Shown here piece after piece: positions 36,687 to 47,400 of a DNA stretch of 55,735 nucleotides (its first letter is position 1; every line of letters starts with the position of its first letter). Position numbers and translations under genes: made by a program. Where the stretch lies: NCBI GenBank assembly GCA_023265515.1, contig JAHFSZ010000005.1, positions 1-55,735 on the forward strand. Reading direction: 5' to 3'. The notes beneath the pieces were generated by a model. That model was not told the origin of the DNA, ran no database searches, and was given only the letters and a program-made list of their open reading frames with translations. This DNA comes from Verrucomicrobiota bacterium (lineage in GTDB: Bacteria > Verrucomicrobiota > Verrucomicrobiia > JABWAM01 > JAHFSZ01).

Positions 36687-38201
36687 TCAAAATTGGAACA
36701 TGGTTTGCGCATAAACAAAATCCGCATCATCCGCCCTCCCCGTATCCGCCAGGTACGCTCCGGAAAAAAAGTGGCTGTAGCCCACCAGGAGCTTCATCCA
36801 CTTGACCACCGGATAGGTCGCCGTGAAATCCACTTCACTGCCCGCAAAATTGTTGGCGCTGCCCCGCGTGGGAACATTCCGCACCGGGGTGTACGCGTTG
36901 GCCCTGAACCACTGGTCGTTGGTTTCCGCGATCCAAAAGGCGTGGTAATCGACCTGGAGGCCGAGTTTTTCGATCGGCGTGATGTTGAACTGCGCGCGCG
37001 CGTTGTGCATGTTGCGCCACGCGAACAGGTCCATGTAACCGTAGAACTTATGGTTCGTCGGGAAGAGGTTCTGGAATGATCCGTTGTTCCCGTCCATTGG
37101 ATCATGGTCGCCCGATGCGTAGTTGTATTCGAGGCCGAGGCGGGTTCGTTCCTTGCCCTCCCACGTGTAGCCGCCCGCCACGTGCGTCGCCACCGCCGCC
37201 AGATCCTTTCTGGAGGTTGTGGCGTTCGGAAGGTTGGTGTCAACGGAGTTGGAAACGATGGTCCCCAACTGGCCGGCCGTTTCCATCTCATAGTCCCACG
37301 GGCCGAGCTGACCGGGTGTGGACTTGATGCGCGTGCCGATCGTCGCGTAGTCGCCTTTCTCCGTGCCAAGCTGAACGCCATTCTGGTCCGTCCCAATCGG
37401 GGAGCCGCCCATCGGAAAGCCTGAATCGATATCGGTCTTGTTTCGATAGAAGGCGTAGAATTCAGTCACCTGCTTCGGGATGTAATTCATCTGGTAGTAG
37501 AGCCCGAAAAACCTGTCCTGCGTGTCCGGCGCGTCAAAATGATTCGAAAAGTGCTCGACGGGCATGACGGCAAAGCCTTCGAGATTCCAGTTCACCTGCT
37601 GAAAGCGCATCTTGATGCCGTCAAAAACACGTCCAATGTTATTCCAGTCGAAAGCGCCGATCAGTCGCTCATCCCCGTAACCCAGCTCCTGCCGGCCCGC
37701 GGTCACGCCAAACGGACATTCCTTATAGTTTGCGATGGTGACGTTGGCCTGCCGCAGGAAGAAGGAATCATCCCCCTCCGAGCCCGAGAATCCAGGATCA
37801 TCCGGACGGTCGGAGCCGATTTCGCGCGAGTCCTGGGTTTGCAGATAAATATTCACCCAATCGTTCGGCTTGTTGCGGACGCCGATCCTGAAACGCTGCA
37901 ACAGGTACGCGTCATCGGTGATCGCATCGACGGCACTGTTGAAATCGAAATTGTTTTCGCGCCACTCAAAGCGCATCCGTTCCTGGACATCGAACACCAC
38001 CGCCCCGCCCTCGAGGCTGAGTGGATCCCCGGGCTTCCAATCGGAAGAACCAGCCGCGCCTTTTGAATCCAGTCCCGTTTCCAGGATCGGCTGCTTTAAA
38101 TCGCGGCCCGCCTCGTATTTCAGCGCGTCATCTGCGGGCGCGCCTGCGATCACGCGAAAAGCGAATATCACTGCCAATGAACATTTTTTAAGCATCATCA
38201 T
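36687..38201 (-). CDS. Alginate-export-family outer-membrane porin (probable nitrate-associated porin)
   Basis: QERMRFEWREN, GRQELGYGDERLIG..DWNN.GR.FDG, YNYASGD, FQNLFPTNHKFYG, C-terminal Phe. Start moved to the MMM at 38201-38195. Confidence 0.85.
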   Translation of the reverse strand: MMMLKKCSLAVIFAFRVIAGAPADDALKYEAGRDLKQPILETGLDSKGAAGSSDWKPGDPLSLEGGAVVFDVQERMRFEWRENNFDFNSAVDAITDDAYLLQRFRIGVRNKPNDWVNIYLQTQDSREIGSDRPDDPGFSGSEGDDSFFLRQANVTIANYKECPFGVTAGRQELGYGDERLIGAFDWNNIGRVFDGIKMRFQQVNWNLEGFAVMPVEHFSNHFDAPDTQDRFFGLYYQMNYIPKQVTEFYAFYRNKTDIDSGFPMGGSPIGTDQNGVQLGTEKGDYATIGTRIKSTPGQLGPWDYEMETAGQLGTIVSNSVDTNLPNATTSRKDLAAVATHVAGGYTWEGKERTRLGLEYNYASGDHDPMDGNNGSFQNLFPTNHKFYGYMDLFAWRNMHNARAQFNITPIEKLGLQVDYHAFWIAETNDQWFRANAYTPVRNVPTRGSANNFAGSEVDFTATYPVVKWMKLLVGYSHFFSGAYLADTGRADDADFVYAQTMFQF

Positions 38202-38266
38202 ACTGTACCGTCTCTCATCGCGGCTGGCATTGATTTGGATCAATTGAAGGTTGGTTTCGATGGTTC

Positions 38267-38282
38267 GCAGAAGCCATGCCAA
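38267..38282 (-). promoter_or_regulatory. Second sigma54-type promoter, upstream of the porin
   Basis: Minus strand TTGGCATGGCTTCTGC = GG-N10-GC, with the same TTGGCATG core as the narK promoter. Confidence 0.6.
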
Positions 38283-38360
38283 CTTCGGCACGCCGACGGA
38301 TGAATTAAATGAAACATTCAGGTTGATATCATGATTGATTTTCACTAATTAGCGGACAGC

Positions 38361-39281
38361 ATGGAAACAAGGCGGCTTCGAATGTTCTGCTCGATCGCCA
38401 AACACGGCAGTCTCGTGGCCGCGGCGCGCGAGCTTCACCTGACCCCGTCGGCCGTCAGCCACGGTCTCAAGGCTCTCGAGACACAAATCGGGTGCCGTCT
38501 TTTGGACAGGGTGGGGAAAAAAGTCTACCTCAACCAGGCCGGGGAGCAGTTGCTCGCGCAGATCGAAAATCCGCTTGCCGCCATCGACTCCGCCGAAGAT
38601 GAAATCAAGCGTCTCGCAAGATGGGGGCAAACGCGCCTGCGCGTCGGCGCGTCGGCGTCGGCCTGCCACTATATTCTTCCTGCGGTGATCAAGGAGGTCA
38701 AAAAATCCTTCGAGCAGGCGTCCATCCAGCTGGAGTCGGGGGACACGCCCGAGCTCGTGGACTTGATCCGCCAGAACAGGATCGATCTGGTTTTGGGACT
38801 CGAGCCCGACGACCCATCCGGCCTGGAGGTCCGCCCCCTGTTCGGCGACGAGCTGCTCTTCACCTTTTCATCCTCGCATCCTTGGGCGCAGGCGAGGTCC
38901 GTGACCCGAAACGAAGTCGCCCGGCAGCACTTCATTCTTTACCAGAGAAGGAGCTTCACGGCCCGTCTTGTCGAAGCCTATTTTCATTCCGAACGGATCA
39001 TTCCGCTGGCGGTCATGGAGATTGCGGACATCGAAGCGATCAAGGAGATGGTCAAACTCAACCTGGGCGTCGCTGTCCTGGCGCCCTGGACCACCGTGCG
39101 CGAACTCAAAAAAGGAACCCTGCGCATGCGCACGATCGGCGCCCGGACGCTCAAGCGGAAATGGGCGTTGGTTTCCCGGTTTGGCCGCAGGCTCAGCCTG
39201 ATCGAGGAGACCTTCTGCAAGCTCTGCCGCCAGTTCGTCACCGCGATGCCCACCGATCACCGGGACATGCGCCGCGGCTGA
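38361..39281 (+). CDS. LysR-family transcriptional regulator
   Basis: N-terminal HTH GSLVAAARELHLTPSAVSHGLKALE...G..LLDR; ~306 aa; divergent from the nitrate cluster. Confidence 0.95.
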   Translation: METRRLRMFCSIAKHGSLVAAARELHLTPSAVSHGLKALETQIGCRLLDRVGKKVYLNQAGEQLLAQIENPLAAIDSAEDEIKRLARWGQTRLRVGASASACHYILPAVIKEVKKSFEQASIQLESGDTPELVDLIRQNRIDLVLGLEPDDPSGLEVRPLFGDELLFTFSSSHPWAQARSVTRNEVARQHFILYQRRSFTARLVEAYFHSERIIPLAVMEIADIEAIKEMVKLNLGVAVLAPWTTVRELKKGTLRMRTIGARTLKRKWALVSRFGRRLSLIEETFCKLCRQFVTAMPTDHRDMRRG

Positions 39282-39328
39282 CGCGCAAGATTAGGCGGGC
39301 CCGGCGTTGTCCTGATTTCATGGTTTTC

Positions 39329-39377
39329 TGTAGCGGCGGTCTATGACCGTCGACGGCGCTCGCAGAGCGCCGCTACA
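39329..39377. repeat. GTAG-type REP-like double hairpin (complete doublet)
   Basis: tgtagcggcggtctatgaccgtcg-a-cggcgctcgcagagcgccgctaca; terminal TGTAGCGGCG/CGCCGCTACA inverted repeat. Confidence 0.85.
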
Positions 39378-39462
39378 AATGAGGACAACGCAGCAGGCCG
39401 ACAATACTTGAATCATTTGCCGATCGACTCTAAGATCATGCGGGGTTTCGGCCTCAATTCGA

Positions 39463-41226
39463 ATGGCGGCGAGTGAAGAACAAATCAAGATGGCTGAAGA
39501 GCTCCTCTTTTCCGGGGAGCCAAAGACCAGCTTCGTCAAACGGCTCTACTTCGGACTGTTCGACGCGCACCGCGTATTCCCCTTCCCCGAACCTCCAGCC
39601 GGAGAACAGAAAAGCGAAGAGGATTTCATAGCCCGGGTGAGGGCTTTTGCCCAGGAGCGCGTCGACCCGGACTGGATCGACCGCCACGCCACGATTCCGG
39701 ATGATGTGGTCCATGGACTTGCCGAACTCGGCATTCTGGGACTCATCATCCCCAAGGAATACGGCGGGCTCGGGCGCTCCTACCATACCTACTGCAGGAC
39801 CGTCGAAACTCTCGCGCGGCGCTGCAGCTCAACGGCGCTTTTTGTCAGCGTTCATCAGAGCATCGGTTTGAAGGCTCTTTTGCTTTTTGGAACTGAGGAG
39901 CAGCGCCGCCGCTGGCTGCCGCAGATGGCCACCGGAAAAAAACTCTCCGCCTTTTCCCTGACGGAGCCCGAGGCGGGCTCCGACGCCGCCGGAATCAGAA
40001 CCCGCGCCGTTTTCGACCCGGTCAAAAACATCTACCGGATTACCGGCCAAAAACAATGGACCACCAACGGCAGCATCGCCGGCATCCTCACGGTCATGGC
40101 AAAGACAGACATGGAAACGCCGGACGGTCGTCGTGAAAAAATCACCGCCTTTCTCGTCACCCCCGACATGCCGGGCTTCCGGGTCACGGCGCCTGCCCTC
40201 GAGAAAGTCGGAATGCGGGGCACGACGACAAGCAATCTGGCTTTCGATGACATGGAGGTTCCTGCAGCAAACGTGCTTGGCACCCTTGGCGCCGGACTCA
40301 AGATCGCCCTGACTGTCCTTGACTATGGCAGGACTACGTTCGGCGCCTCCTGCACCGGAGCCGCCAAGGAAGTTCTTGAACGCGCGACCTCCCACGCTCA
40401 AAACCGGCATCAGTTCGGCCGCCCGCTGGCGAGTTTCGCCTTGGTGAAGCGTAAAATCGCGACGATGGCCTCACTCACCTACGCGATGGACGCCGTCACG
40501 CAGATGACCGCCGGGATGATCGACCGTGGCGACGACGACATCATGCTCGAAACGGCGATCGTCAAGGTGTTCTCCAGCGAAGCACTCTGGACGATCATCT
40601 ATGAAGGGATGCAGATCTTCGGAGGCCGGTCCTTCTTCCCGGACCAGCCGTTTGAAAGAATGATGCGTGACGCTCGGCTCAACACCATCGGCGAAGGTTC
40701 CAACGAGGTGCTTCGCGCCTTTATCGGCGTCGTCGGCATGCGTGACGTCGGAAAACAGCTCGAGCAACTGCAGGCGGCGCTCCGCCACCCGATGCAGCAG
40801 GCCATCAAGATCGCCGGACTGAGCCAAAGCATCCTGCGGCGCGTCGCAACGACGCCGCGGGTTCCCGTTCAGTCGCGTGAGCTGGCCGGTGAAGCCGAAC
40901 AGCTCGGCGAGTCGACCCACCGTTTCGGCAACAGCATCCTCCGCCTGCTCGCCCGCCACCGGGAAGAGATCGTTGAACAACAGATGATCCTGGACCGCGT
41001 CACCACCATCGTCATCGCGCTTTATACGATCACAGCCGTCCTCTCGAAATTGGATCTGGACTTGTCGCGGCCTGGCGAAGGAAACAAAACTCTGGCCCAT
41101 GATCTTTCCGCGGGAAAACTTTATTGCCAGGAGGCCTTCGCCTCGATCGACCGCGCCACGCAGCTCCTCTTCCGCAACAACGACGCGGACGTCGAGGCTG
41201 TGTCGGACCAACGGACCGGATCGTGA
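39463..41226 (+). CDS. Acyl-CoA dehydrogenase (long, VLCAD/ACAD9-like)
   Basis: AFSLTEPEAGSDA, GQKQWTTNG, KVGMRG, GRTTFGA, RHQFGRPL, IFGGRSF, RDARLNTIGEGSNEVLR. Confidence 0.95.
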   Translation: MAASEEQIKMAEELLFSGEPKTSFVKRLYFGLFDAHRVFPFPEPPAGEQKSEEDFIARVRAFAQERVDPDWIDRHATIPDDVVHGLAELGILGLIIPKEYGGLGRSYHTYCRTVETLARRCSSTALFVSVHQSIGLKALLLFGTEEQRRRWLPQMATGKKLSAFSLTEPEAGSDAAGIRTRAVFDPVKNIYRITGQKQWTTNGSIAGILTVMAKTDMETPDGRREKITAFLVTPDMPGFRVTAPALEKVGMRGTTTSNLAFDDMEVPAANVLGTLGAGLKIALTVLDYGRTTFGASCTGAAKEVLERATSHAQNRHQFGRPLASFALVKRKIATMASLTYAMDAVTQMTAGMIDRGDDDIMLETAIVKVFSSEALWTIIYEGMQIFGGRSFFPDQPFERMMRDARLNTIGEGSNEVLRAFIGVVGMRDVGKQLEQLQAALRHPMQQAIKIAGLSQSILRRVATTPRVPVQSRELAGEAEQLGESTHRFGNSILRLLARHREEIVEQQMILDRVTTIVIALYTITAVLSKLDLDLSRPGEGNKTLAHDLSAGKLYCQEAFASIDRATQLLFRNNDADVEAVSDQRTGS

Positions 41227-41262
41227 TCGAGGACCAACGGATCGGATTGTAATAGGAGACCC

Positions 41263-42891
41263 ATGGATCGGATCATGACACGGGCCATCATCGCCCTGGT
41301 TCTTTTCATGGGCGGAACGCTGTTCTGGTCCGCCTCGCACGCGGAGCTGATCTCCCAGGAAGCCTACTACTGGACCTTTGCGCAGCACCCGGCGCTCAGC
41401 TACTACGACCATCCGCCGATGGTGGCCTGGCTGATCGGGCTCGGCACCTTCTGCTTTGGAAACACGGAGCTCGGGGTCCGTTTCGTCCATCTGTTGCTTT
41501 ATTTCGGCTCCGCTTTCCTGATGTTCCTGACAGCGTGCGCCTGGTTTGGACGGAGAACCGCGTTCTGGGCGACACTCATTTTTGCCGCCACACCCTTCTA
41601 CATCGCGACCGGTTTTATCGCATCGCCCGACGGGCCGCTGATTTTCTTCTGGCTGCTGACGCTGTTGACTCTCTCAAGAGCTCTTCAGACCAAGAGCACC
41701 CGATCGTGGTTTTTTTCAGGACTGGCCCTCGGCGCGGCCATGCTTTCAAAATACCCGGCCGTGATTCTGGTTCCGTCGTTTCTTCTCTTCCTCTTGTTCT
41801 CGCCACAGCACCGTTTCTGGCTTCGCCGGCCGCAGCCCTGGATGGCGGCATGCGTGGCCATGCTGGTCTTCAGCCCCGTGATTGTCTGGAACGCCCAGCA
41901 CGACTGGGCTTCGTTCCTGTTTCAATCGACGCGCGCGCTGGATCAGGGATCCTCCAAGCCGCTTCACCGCGCCTTCGAATTCTGGGCGATTCAGCCGTTG
42001 CTGCTCACACCCCTGCTTTTCGTCCTGTTCGCGATCGGCGCCTCGCGCGCGATCCGACGCGGCTGGTTCCAGCATGATGAGCGTTGGAATTTCGCCGTCT
42101 CATTCGCCCTGCCGATCCTTCTGATCTGCTTTGTCTCCGGGCTGAAGACCGATCACGTCCACTTCCAATGGACGGCGCCCGCCTACCTGTCGCTTACGCT
42201 GGCGGGAGCGGCCGTTTTTTCCGAGGGGATCGGAAGCCATGATCCGCGGCAGGCCCGGCGTTGGCGCTTGTTCGGATGGGCTGCGGGCGTTTTTTCCGCA
42301 GCCGTGATTTTGCTCGCATTGAGTTTCTTCACCCTGGGACTTCCGAAGGTTTCGGCGGTCCGCGTTCCCCTGGGCTGCTGGCGAGAGCTGGCCGGCAAGG
42401 TGGAGGCGGCCGAAACCCGGCTCCAGGCGCAAACCGGGCAGGAGCCTTTCATCCTTGGATTCGACAAATACAAGATCTCGGCTTCGCTCGGCTTCTATTC
42501 AGGCGAGCCGGAGGAGCAAGTCAATTGGTTCGCCCTTGGCCAGCCGGGTTTCGCCTACCGTTACTGGATCAACCTGCGATCATGGAAGGGTCATCCCGCG
42601 ATCGCCGTGCTCGCCGAGTCCAACGGATCGGACCTCGACAGATTGCGAAAGTACTTTGACCGCATCACCGGGCCAATCGCCATCCAGGTGACCACCGTCG
42701 ACCGGCGGACCCGCATCTTCTATCTTGTCGACTGCTATGGATACCGTCCCGCGCCGGAAGCCCCGATGTTGGAGAGCCGGAATTGCTTTCAAGAAGGCGC
42801 GGTTTCCAGGCTTTTGTCTCGTCTGGCAATGAACTCGCCCGGTATGGAAGGGACATTTTTATTTCTTTTCCCTCTGTCGTCAGCCCGTTAG
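41263..42891 (+). CDS. GT-C fold glycosyltransferase, family 39/ArnT-PMT-like
   Basis: EAYYW..AQHPALSYYDHPPMVAWLI, SPDGPL, LSKYPA, PVIVWNAQHDWASF; many TM. Confidence 0.88.
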   Translation: MDRIMTRAIIALVLFMGGTLFWSASHAELISQEAYYWTFAQHPALSYYDHPPMVAWLIGLGTFCFGNTELGVRFVHLLLYFGSAFLMFLTACAWFGRRTAFWATLIFAATPFYIATGFIASPDGPLIFFWLLTLLTLSRALQTKSTRSWFFSGLALGAAMLSKYPAVILVPSFLLFLLFSPQHRFWLRRPQPWMAACVAMLVFSPVIVWNAQHDWASFLFQSTRALDQGSSKPLHRAFEFWAIQPLLLTPLLFVLFAIGASRAIRRGWFQHDERWNFAVSFALPILLICFVSGLKTDHVHFQWTAPAYLSLTLAGAAVFSEGIGSHDPRQARRWRLFGWAAGVFSAAVILLALSFFTLGLPKVSAVRVPLGCWRELAGKVEAAETRLQAQTGQEPFILGFDKYKISASLGFYSGEPEEQVNWFALGQPGFAYRYWINLRSWKGHPAIAVLAESNGSDLDRLRKYFDRITGPIAIQVTTVDRRTRIFYLVDCYGYRPAPEAPMLESRNCFQEGAVSRLLSRLAMNSPGMEGTFLFLFPLSSAR

Positions 42892-42901
42892 AGTGCGGCC
42901 G

Positions 42902-44443
42902 ATGGCTGACGTCGACACTTCAGGGCCTGAAATTGTTGATGACGATCCATGGATTGGCCAGAACCTTGCCGGATACATCATCCTCCAGCGACTCGGCGAG
43001 GGCGGCATGGGCATTGTCTACCTCGCCCGGCACCAGTCTCTTGACCGTCTGGCCGCTGTCAAATTCCTTCCCGGCGACATGGCGACCGATGCGGCTTTCG
43101 TCGAGCTTTTCCTGCGTGAAGCCAAAGCCGCCGCCAAACTGAGCCATCCGAACATCGTCGCTGTCCATGACGCAGGCGTTGTCGGTGAAAACATCTACTA
43201 CTTCATCATGGAATACGTGGAAGGGCGGGATCTGCGCTCGATCCAGCAGGAACTCGGAACACTGCCGGTGCCCCTGGCGGTCGAATATCTCCGCCAGGCC
43301 GCCTCCGCGCTGGCCTACGCGCACAAGAAACAAGTCATCCATCGCGACATCAAACCGGAAAACCTCCTCCTTACCAGCGAGCGCATCATCAAGGTGGTCG
43401 ACCTCGGCCTCGCCAAATGGGCCGGCGAGGAGTCCAGCATGATCACTCAGACCGGCGACATCATGGGCAGCCCCATCTACATTTCCCCGGAGCGGCTGCG
43501 CGATCCGCATACGATCGACCACCGCACCGACGTCTACTCGCTGGGTGCAACGCTTTTTCATTTGGTGACGGGGAAAATTCCTTATGAAGGCTCCTCGGCC
43601 GTGATCATGGCACGCCATCTGACCGACGCCGCCCCCGATCCTCGTGACATCAATCCCAAACTTGATGAAGGCATCAGCCGAATCATCATGAAGATGATGG
43701 CCAAGGAAGTCGGCGACCGCTACCAGACCATGGAGGAGGTGGAAACGGCGTTCGAAGAGTACCAGGCCGGCAGGGCTCCCCCTCCCCTCAAAACGCGGCG
43801 GCTGGCCCGCAGGAACAAACCCTGGCTGACCCCCGCGGTGCTTCTATTGGCCGCGGGCGCGGCCGGTTTTTTTCTGGCATCCCGGCTCACCAAGTCCGAG
43901 ACCACTCCGGCGGTCGCCGTCCTTCCCAAACCCGTCAACCCGCAAAAACCACCCTTGGTCGTCGCCGATTTCAACCTCGACAGCAGGGTCAACCGGTTGG
44001 GCGGCACTTTTGGCAGCTGGGGTTCCTCGCGGCCCGATCCTCTCGGCAAAGCCGGCGAACGAGTCGAGCGCAGTGGAGGGACCGACGGCACCGGCTACTG
44101 GAAAATCAACTTCGATATCACCACTCCCGGCTCATCCGCAGGCGCCTGGATGCACCTAAACAAGCTGGATGCCACCGGCTACAATGTGCTGGCGTTTCAA
44201 GCCAAGGCCGAAGGCGTCAACAACCTTAATTTTCTCTTCGAGCTTAAGGGCCCGTCGACGGGCCAACGCGTCATCCGCGGCATCGGCAGCAAATGGCAAT
44301 CGGTCGAAATCCCCCTCAAGGAACTGAACATTGGCTCCAGCAAGAGCCTCTCGGAGCTCTCCGTCAAGTTCGACGCCCAAAATACCGGCGCCGCCAAGGG
44401 CAGCCTGTCCATGGACCAGATTGAGTTCTTGAAGAAGAAGTAA
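42902..44443 (+). CDS. Hanks-type Ser/Thr kinase with one TM and a C-terminal carbohydrate-binding-like (CBM11/CIA30-like) domain
   Basis: LGEGGMGIVY, AVK, HRDIKPEN, DLG, GSPIYISPE; TM AVLLLAAGAAGFFLA; jelly-roll-like C-terminus. The GTG at 42893 is an alternative start. Confidence 0.9.
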   Translation: MADVDTSGPEIVDDDPWIGQNLAGYIILQRLGEGGMGIVYLARHQSLDRLAAVKFLPGDMATDAAFVELFLREAKAAAKLSHPNIVAVHDAGVVGENIYYFIMEYVEGRDLRSIQQELGTLPVPLAVEYLRQAASALAYAHKKQVIHRDIKPENLLLTSERIIKVVDLGLAKWAGEESSMITQTGDIMGSPIYISPERLRDPHTIDHRTDVYSLGATLFHLVTGKIPYEGSSAVIMARHLTDAAPDPRDINPKLDEGISRIIMKMMAKEVGDRYQTMEEVETAFEEYQAGRAPPPLKTRRLARRNKPWLTPAVLLLAAGAAGFFLASRLTKSETTPAVAVLPKPVNPQKPPLVVADFNLDSRVNRLGGTFGSWGSSRPDPLGKAGERVERSGGTDGTGYWKINFDITTPGSSAGAWMHLNKLDATGYNVLAFQAKAEGVNNLNFLFELKGPSTGQRVIRGIGSKWQSVEIPLKELNIGSSKSLSELSVKFDAQNTGAAKGSLSMDQIEFLKKK

Positions 44444-44452
44444 GATCTCCGA

Positions 44453-47400
44453 TCAATCGCGCGTCCAGCGAACAGAGTCGACGTAGAACGTTGTGGGTGT
44501 CTGGGCGGTGATCTTCAGAGGGCACGAGACATGTGCGGGATCAACTCCCGTAAAGCTGCTGATCGCAATGCTGATTTCCTGCCACTGGCCGGCCGTCGAA
44601 CTGATAAATTTCGTCCGGGTAATGCCCCCGGGTGATTCGATTTCCACTTTCAGGGTGGATGTGCTTTTGACCCAAAACTTCAAGTGTCCGCTCGCGTAAG
44701 ACGATAGATCGTAAGTGCCACTCACCTTGAATACGCCCCAACCGGCGAAGCCGATGGTGGTCGTCTGGAAACACTCCGTCCCTTCCGGCGGCGTTTCGCC
44801 CGTGAAGCTGCCGTCCCAGGATCCAACTCCCCAGGTAAAAACCGTCGAATCCGAAGGCACGCCTGCATCCGAATAGACGCTGAAAACAGTGCCGACCGTG
44901 ATCGTTGTTTCAGGCTCATACGGCAACCCCTCCGGAGTAAACCGAAATGTGTCATCCATGCCGATCCTCTCCTCGTAGGGTTGTATGCCCGGTCGCTTAT
45001 GGTCAAAGATATAAGCGCCCCACATGTAATTGGCTCCGTAGGGAGTGTTCGCCGGGATCGTGATGGGAAACATCTGGTTGCCGCTGCCCGTGCTGATGAG
45101 GAAGTCCGAGGTCATGTAGGTGACTCCCAGGTAGACATCCTGGAGAAAGATCCGGAGCGTCATGGGGAACGATACCTGATACGGCTTCCACTGTGTGAGC
45201 ATCACGATCGTATCGAGATCATTCCAGACCACCGGGACATAGACGGTCGTGCCCGGATCAAACACCGTCGGGAAGGCCGGGTCCTCAACCTTCAGGCGCG
45301 GCGCCCATGAGACCTTGGTCGGCGCCGTGCTCAGGTCCGACGACTCGGTAAACCAAGTGGCCCAGCGGTATTTGCCTCCGCTGGCCCCGTCCTTGAAGGA
45401 TGGGTCACCCGGATCATAATCCGGCACCAAGGCGTAGTTGGGCGTGTAAGGCGGACGGAAGTCGTCGACGACACCGTTGACCACCTCGCTCTGCAGCCAG
45501 TTCTCGAACCGCATGTCCTTGGCCGACGGATAACCGCTCAACGTCGCCGCCTTGTTCAGTGTGATTTTGTCGTTGGGCGAACCACCGTCGTTCAATGTGA
45601 TGCGGTAGTACTTCGCCGCTGTGTCAAGATTGATGGTTGGCGTGTAACTGCTAGCCGCGGTGGGCGAACTGTAGATGTTTGTCCAAGTCGTCTCGTCGGA
45701 GGTTTTCTCAACCATCACCTGGTTGTTGCTACCGGCCAACTGGAAGGCCATGGTGATCTTCGGCGAGGTTGCCGACGCGATGTCTTTGAAGGCAAGGAAG
45801 AGTCGCGGCCTCTGTGCCGGTCCAACGGCGTTGCTCACCCAGTTCTGGGCGCTCTCTTCCAGCCAGGCGTTTGGATCGACGACTCCATCAAACATCGGAC
45901 TGCCGCCATAGACCTTGTTGACCAGGCCATCGCCGTTGTCGCCATCGCCCATGAGGCCAAAGTTCAGCGTCAGAGACTGGCCCCTCGTGTTATATGCAAC
46001 CCAGTTGTCGAAGGTCCGGCCAGCCATGGCCAGCGGTGTCGCGCCCGCGTGGAGGAGGCCGTATCCGGCGATGCTGGATTGGAAACCAGGATCATTTGAC
46101 GACGTGTAGAAGCCGGTCTGACTGAGCCATGGATCGGATGCGTCCCACGGGTAAGCGAATGCAATCCAGTAAATATTACCGTCGCCCGTCATCGTGGTCG
46201 ATGGCAGCGTGAACTGCACGTTCTGGCTGCCGGTGCCGTCGAGGGTCCAAATATCCTGTTCGGCAAGTACGAAGTCGTCACCGCTTGGAGTCGCATATTT
46301 GAGCTGGATCTTGATCTTGTAGATCTCGCGCGTCGCCGAATCCAAAACCCTCTGGGCAATCAGTTGGTACTGGTTGGTCATCTGGTCAAACGTATCCACG
46401 CCGAAGTTGAACACATAGGCCTTGCTCCGCCTGTCCCCATAGTCCGACGTACGCGCGTAGGTTGTGTCGAAGTAATACGTCCCCGCGTTCTGCTCATACA
46501 ACTCGATGGACGTGATTTGCTTCCAGTCGACGCCCGTGACGGCGGCCGGGGTGATCGGCCAGTAAATCTGCGTCCACTGATTTTGGATCGCATGGCCCGG
46601 CGACCAGACCATGGAACTAAGATTGCCCCATTTGTCTTTGAACTTGATCTGGACCGTGTTGTTGTCCTGCGTGTCGTAGACCCAGGCGTAAAAGCCCACG
46701 ATGCTGCTCAGGTCCACAGTTCCGCCGGGCGCCCCCAGGTTGAGACCGATCGTGCCACCTCCGCTTCCCACGGTCATCTTGACCGAGTGCGATCCGGCCT
46801 GAACAATTCCCGTCTCAAAGGCGAGGCTCGCCTGCCAAGCGTCGTAAAAGTAGGCGCCCGGCGTGCTGTTGTCCGGCTCGAAGTCCTGGAAAGACACGTC
46901 GCCCTTGGCAATCGAGTTGCTGATCATTGCGGGCGCCGAAAAGCCCGCGTTCAAAATATCAGCCAGCTTCGTTCCCGTCGTCAACACCGTCCATGCGGTG
47001 GCCGATGCGTTCGGATTCGACGCGATCAGCTGGCCGTTCGAGTAGGTTTGCGTGATGTAGTTGTTGGTATCGGTCACCCTCAGATTCTGGAGAAAACCGA
47101 GGGAAGTCGCTGCCGGGGCCACGCCGAAGATGCTTTCGACACGGCCGGGGCCGTTGGAGCCGTCTGGCTTCAGCATGCCGACGCCGCCATCGGTGGCAAT
47201 TACGGCGAACTGCGCCGATTGGGAGTAAGCCCTGAGGTTGTAACACTCATCGTTGTTCATGACATAAACGCTCGGGAGGATGACCGTGCTGAAGAATGAT
47301 TTCAGGTACCCCCAGTTGAGGTTCAGGAGTTCGCTGTCGGTCCCCCGCTCGGTGTCATCCACGAAGTAATATCCCTTCGTGGGCTCCCAAACGCCGAGCT

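Noticed and set aside
38202-38345. Longer porin start (552 aa) in the ORF track
   Set aside because: It would leave 15 nt before the divergent LysR and swallow a sigma54-like promoter. A signal-peptide-like sequence begins at MMMLKK (38201).
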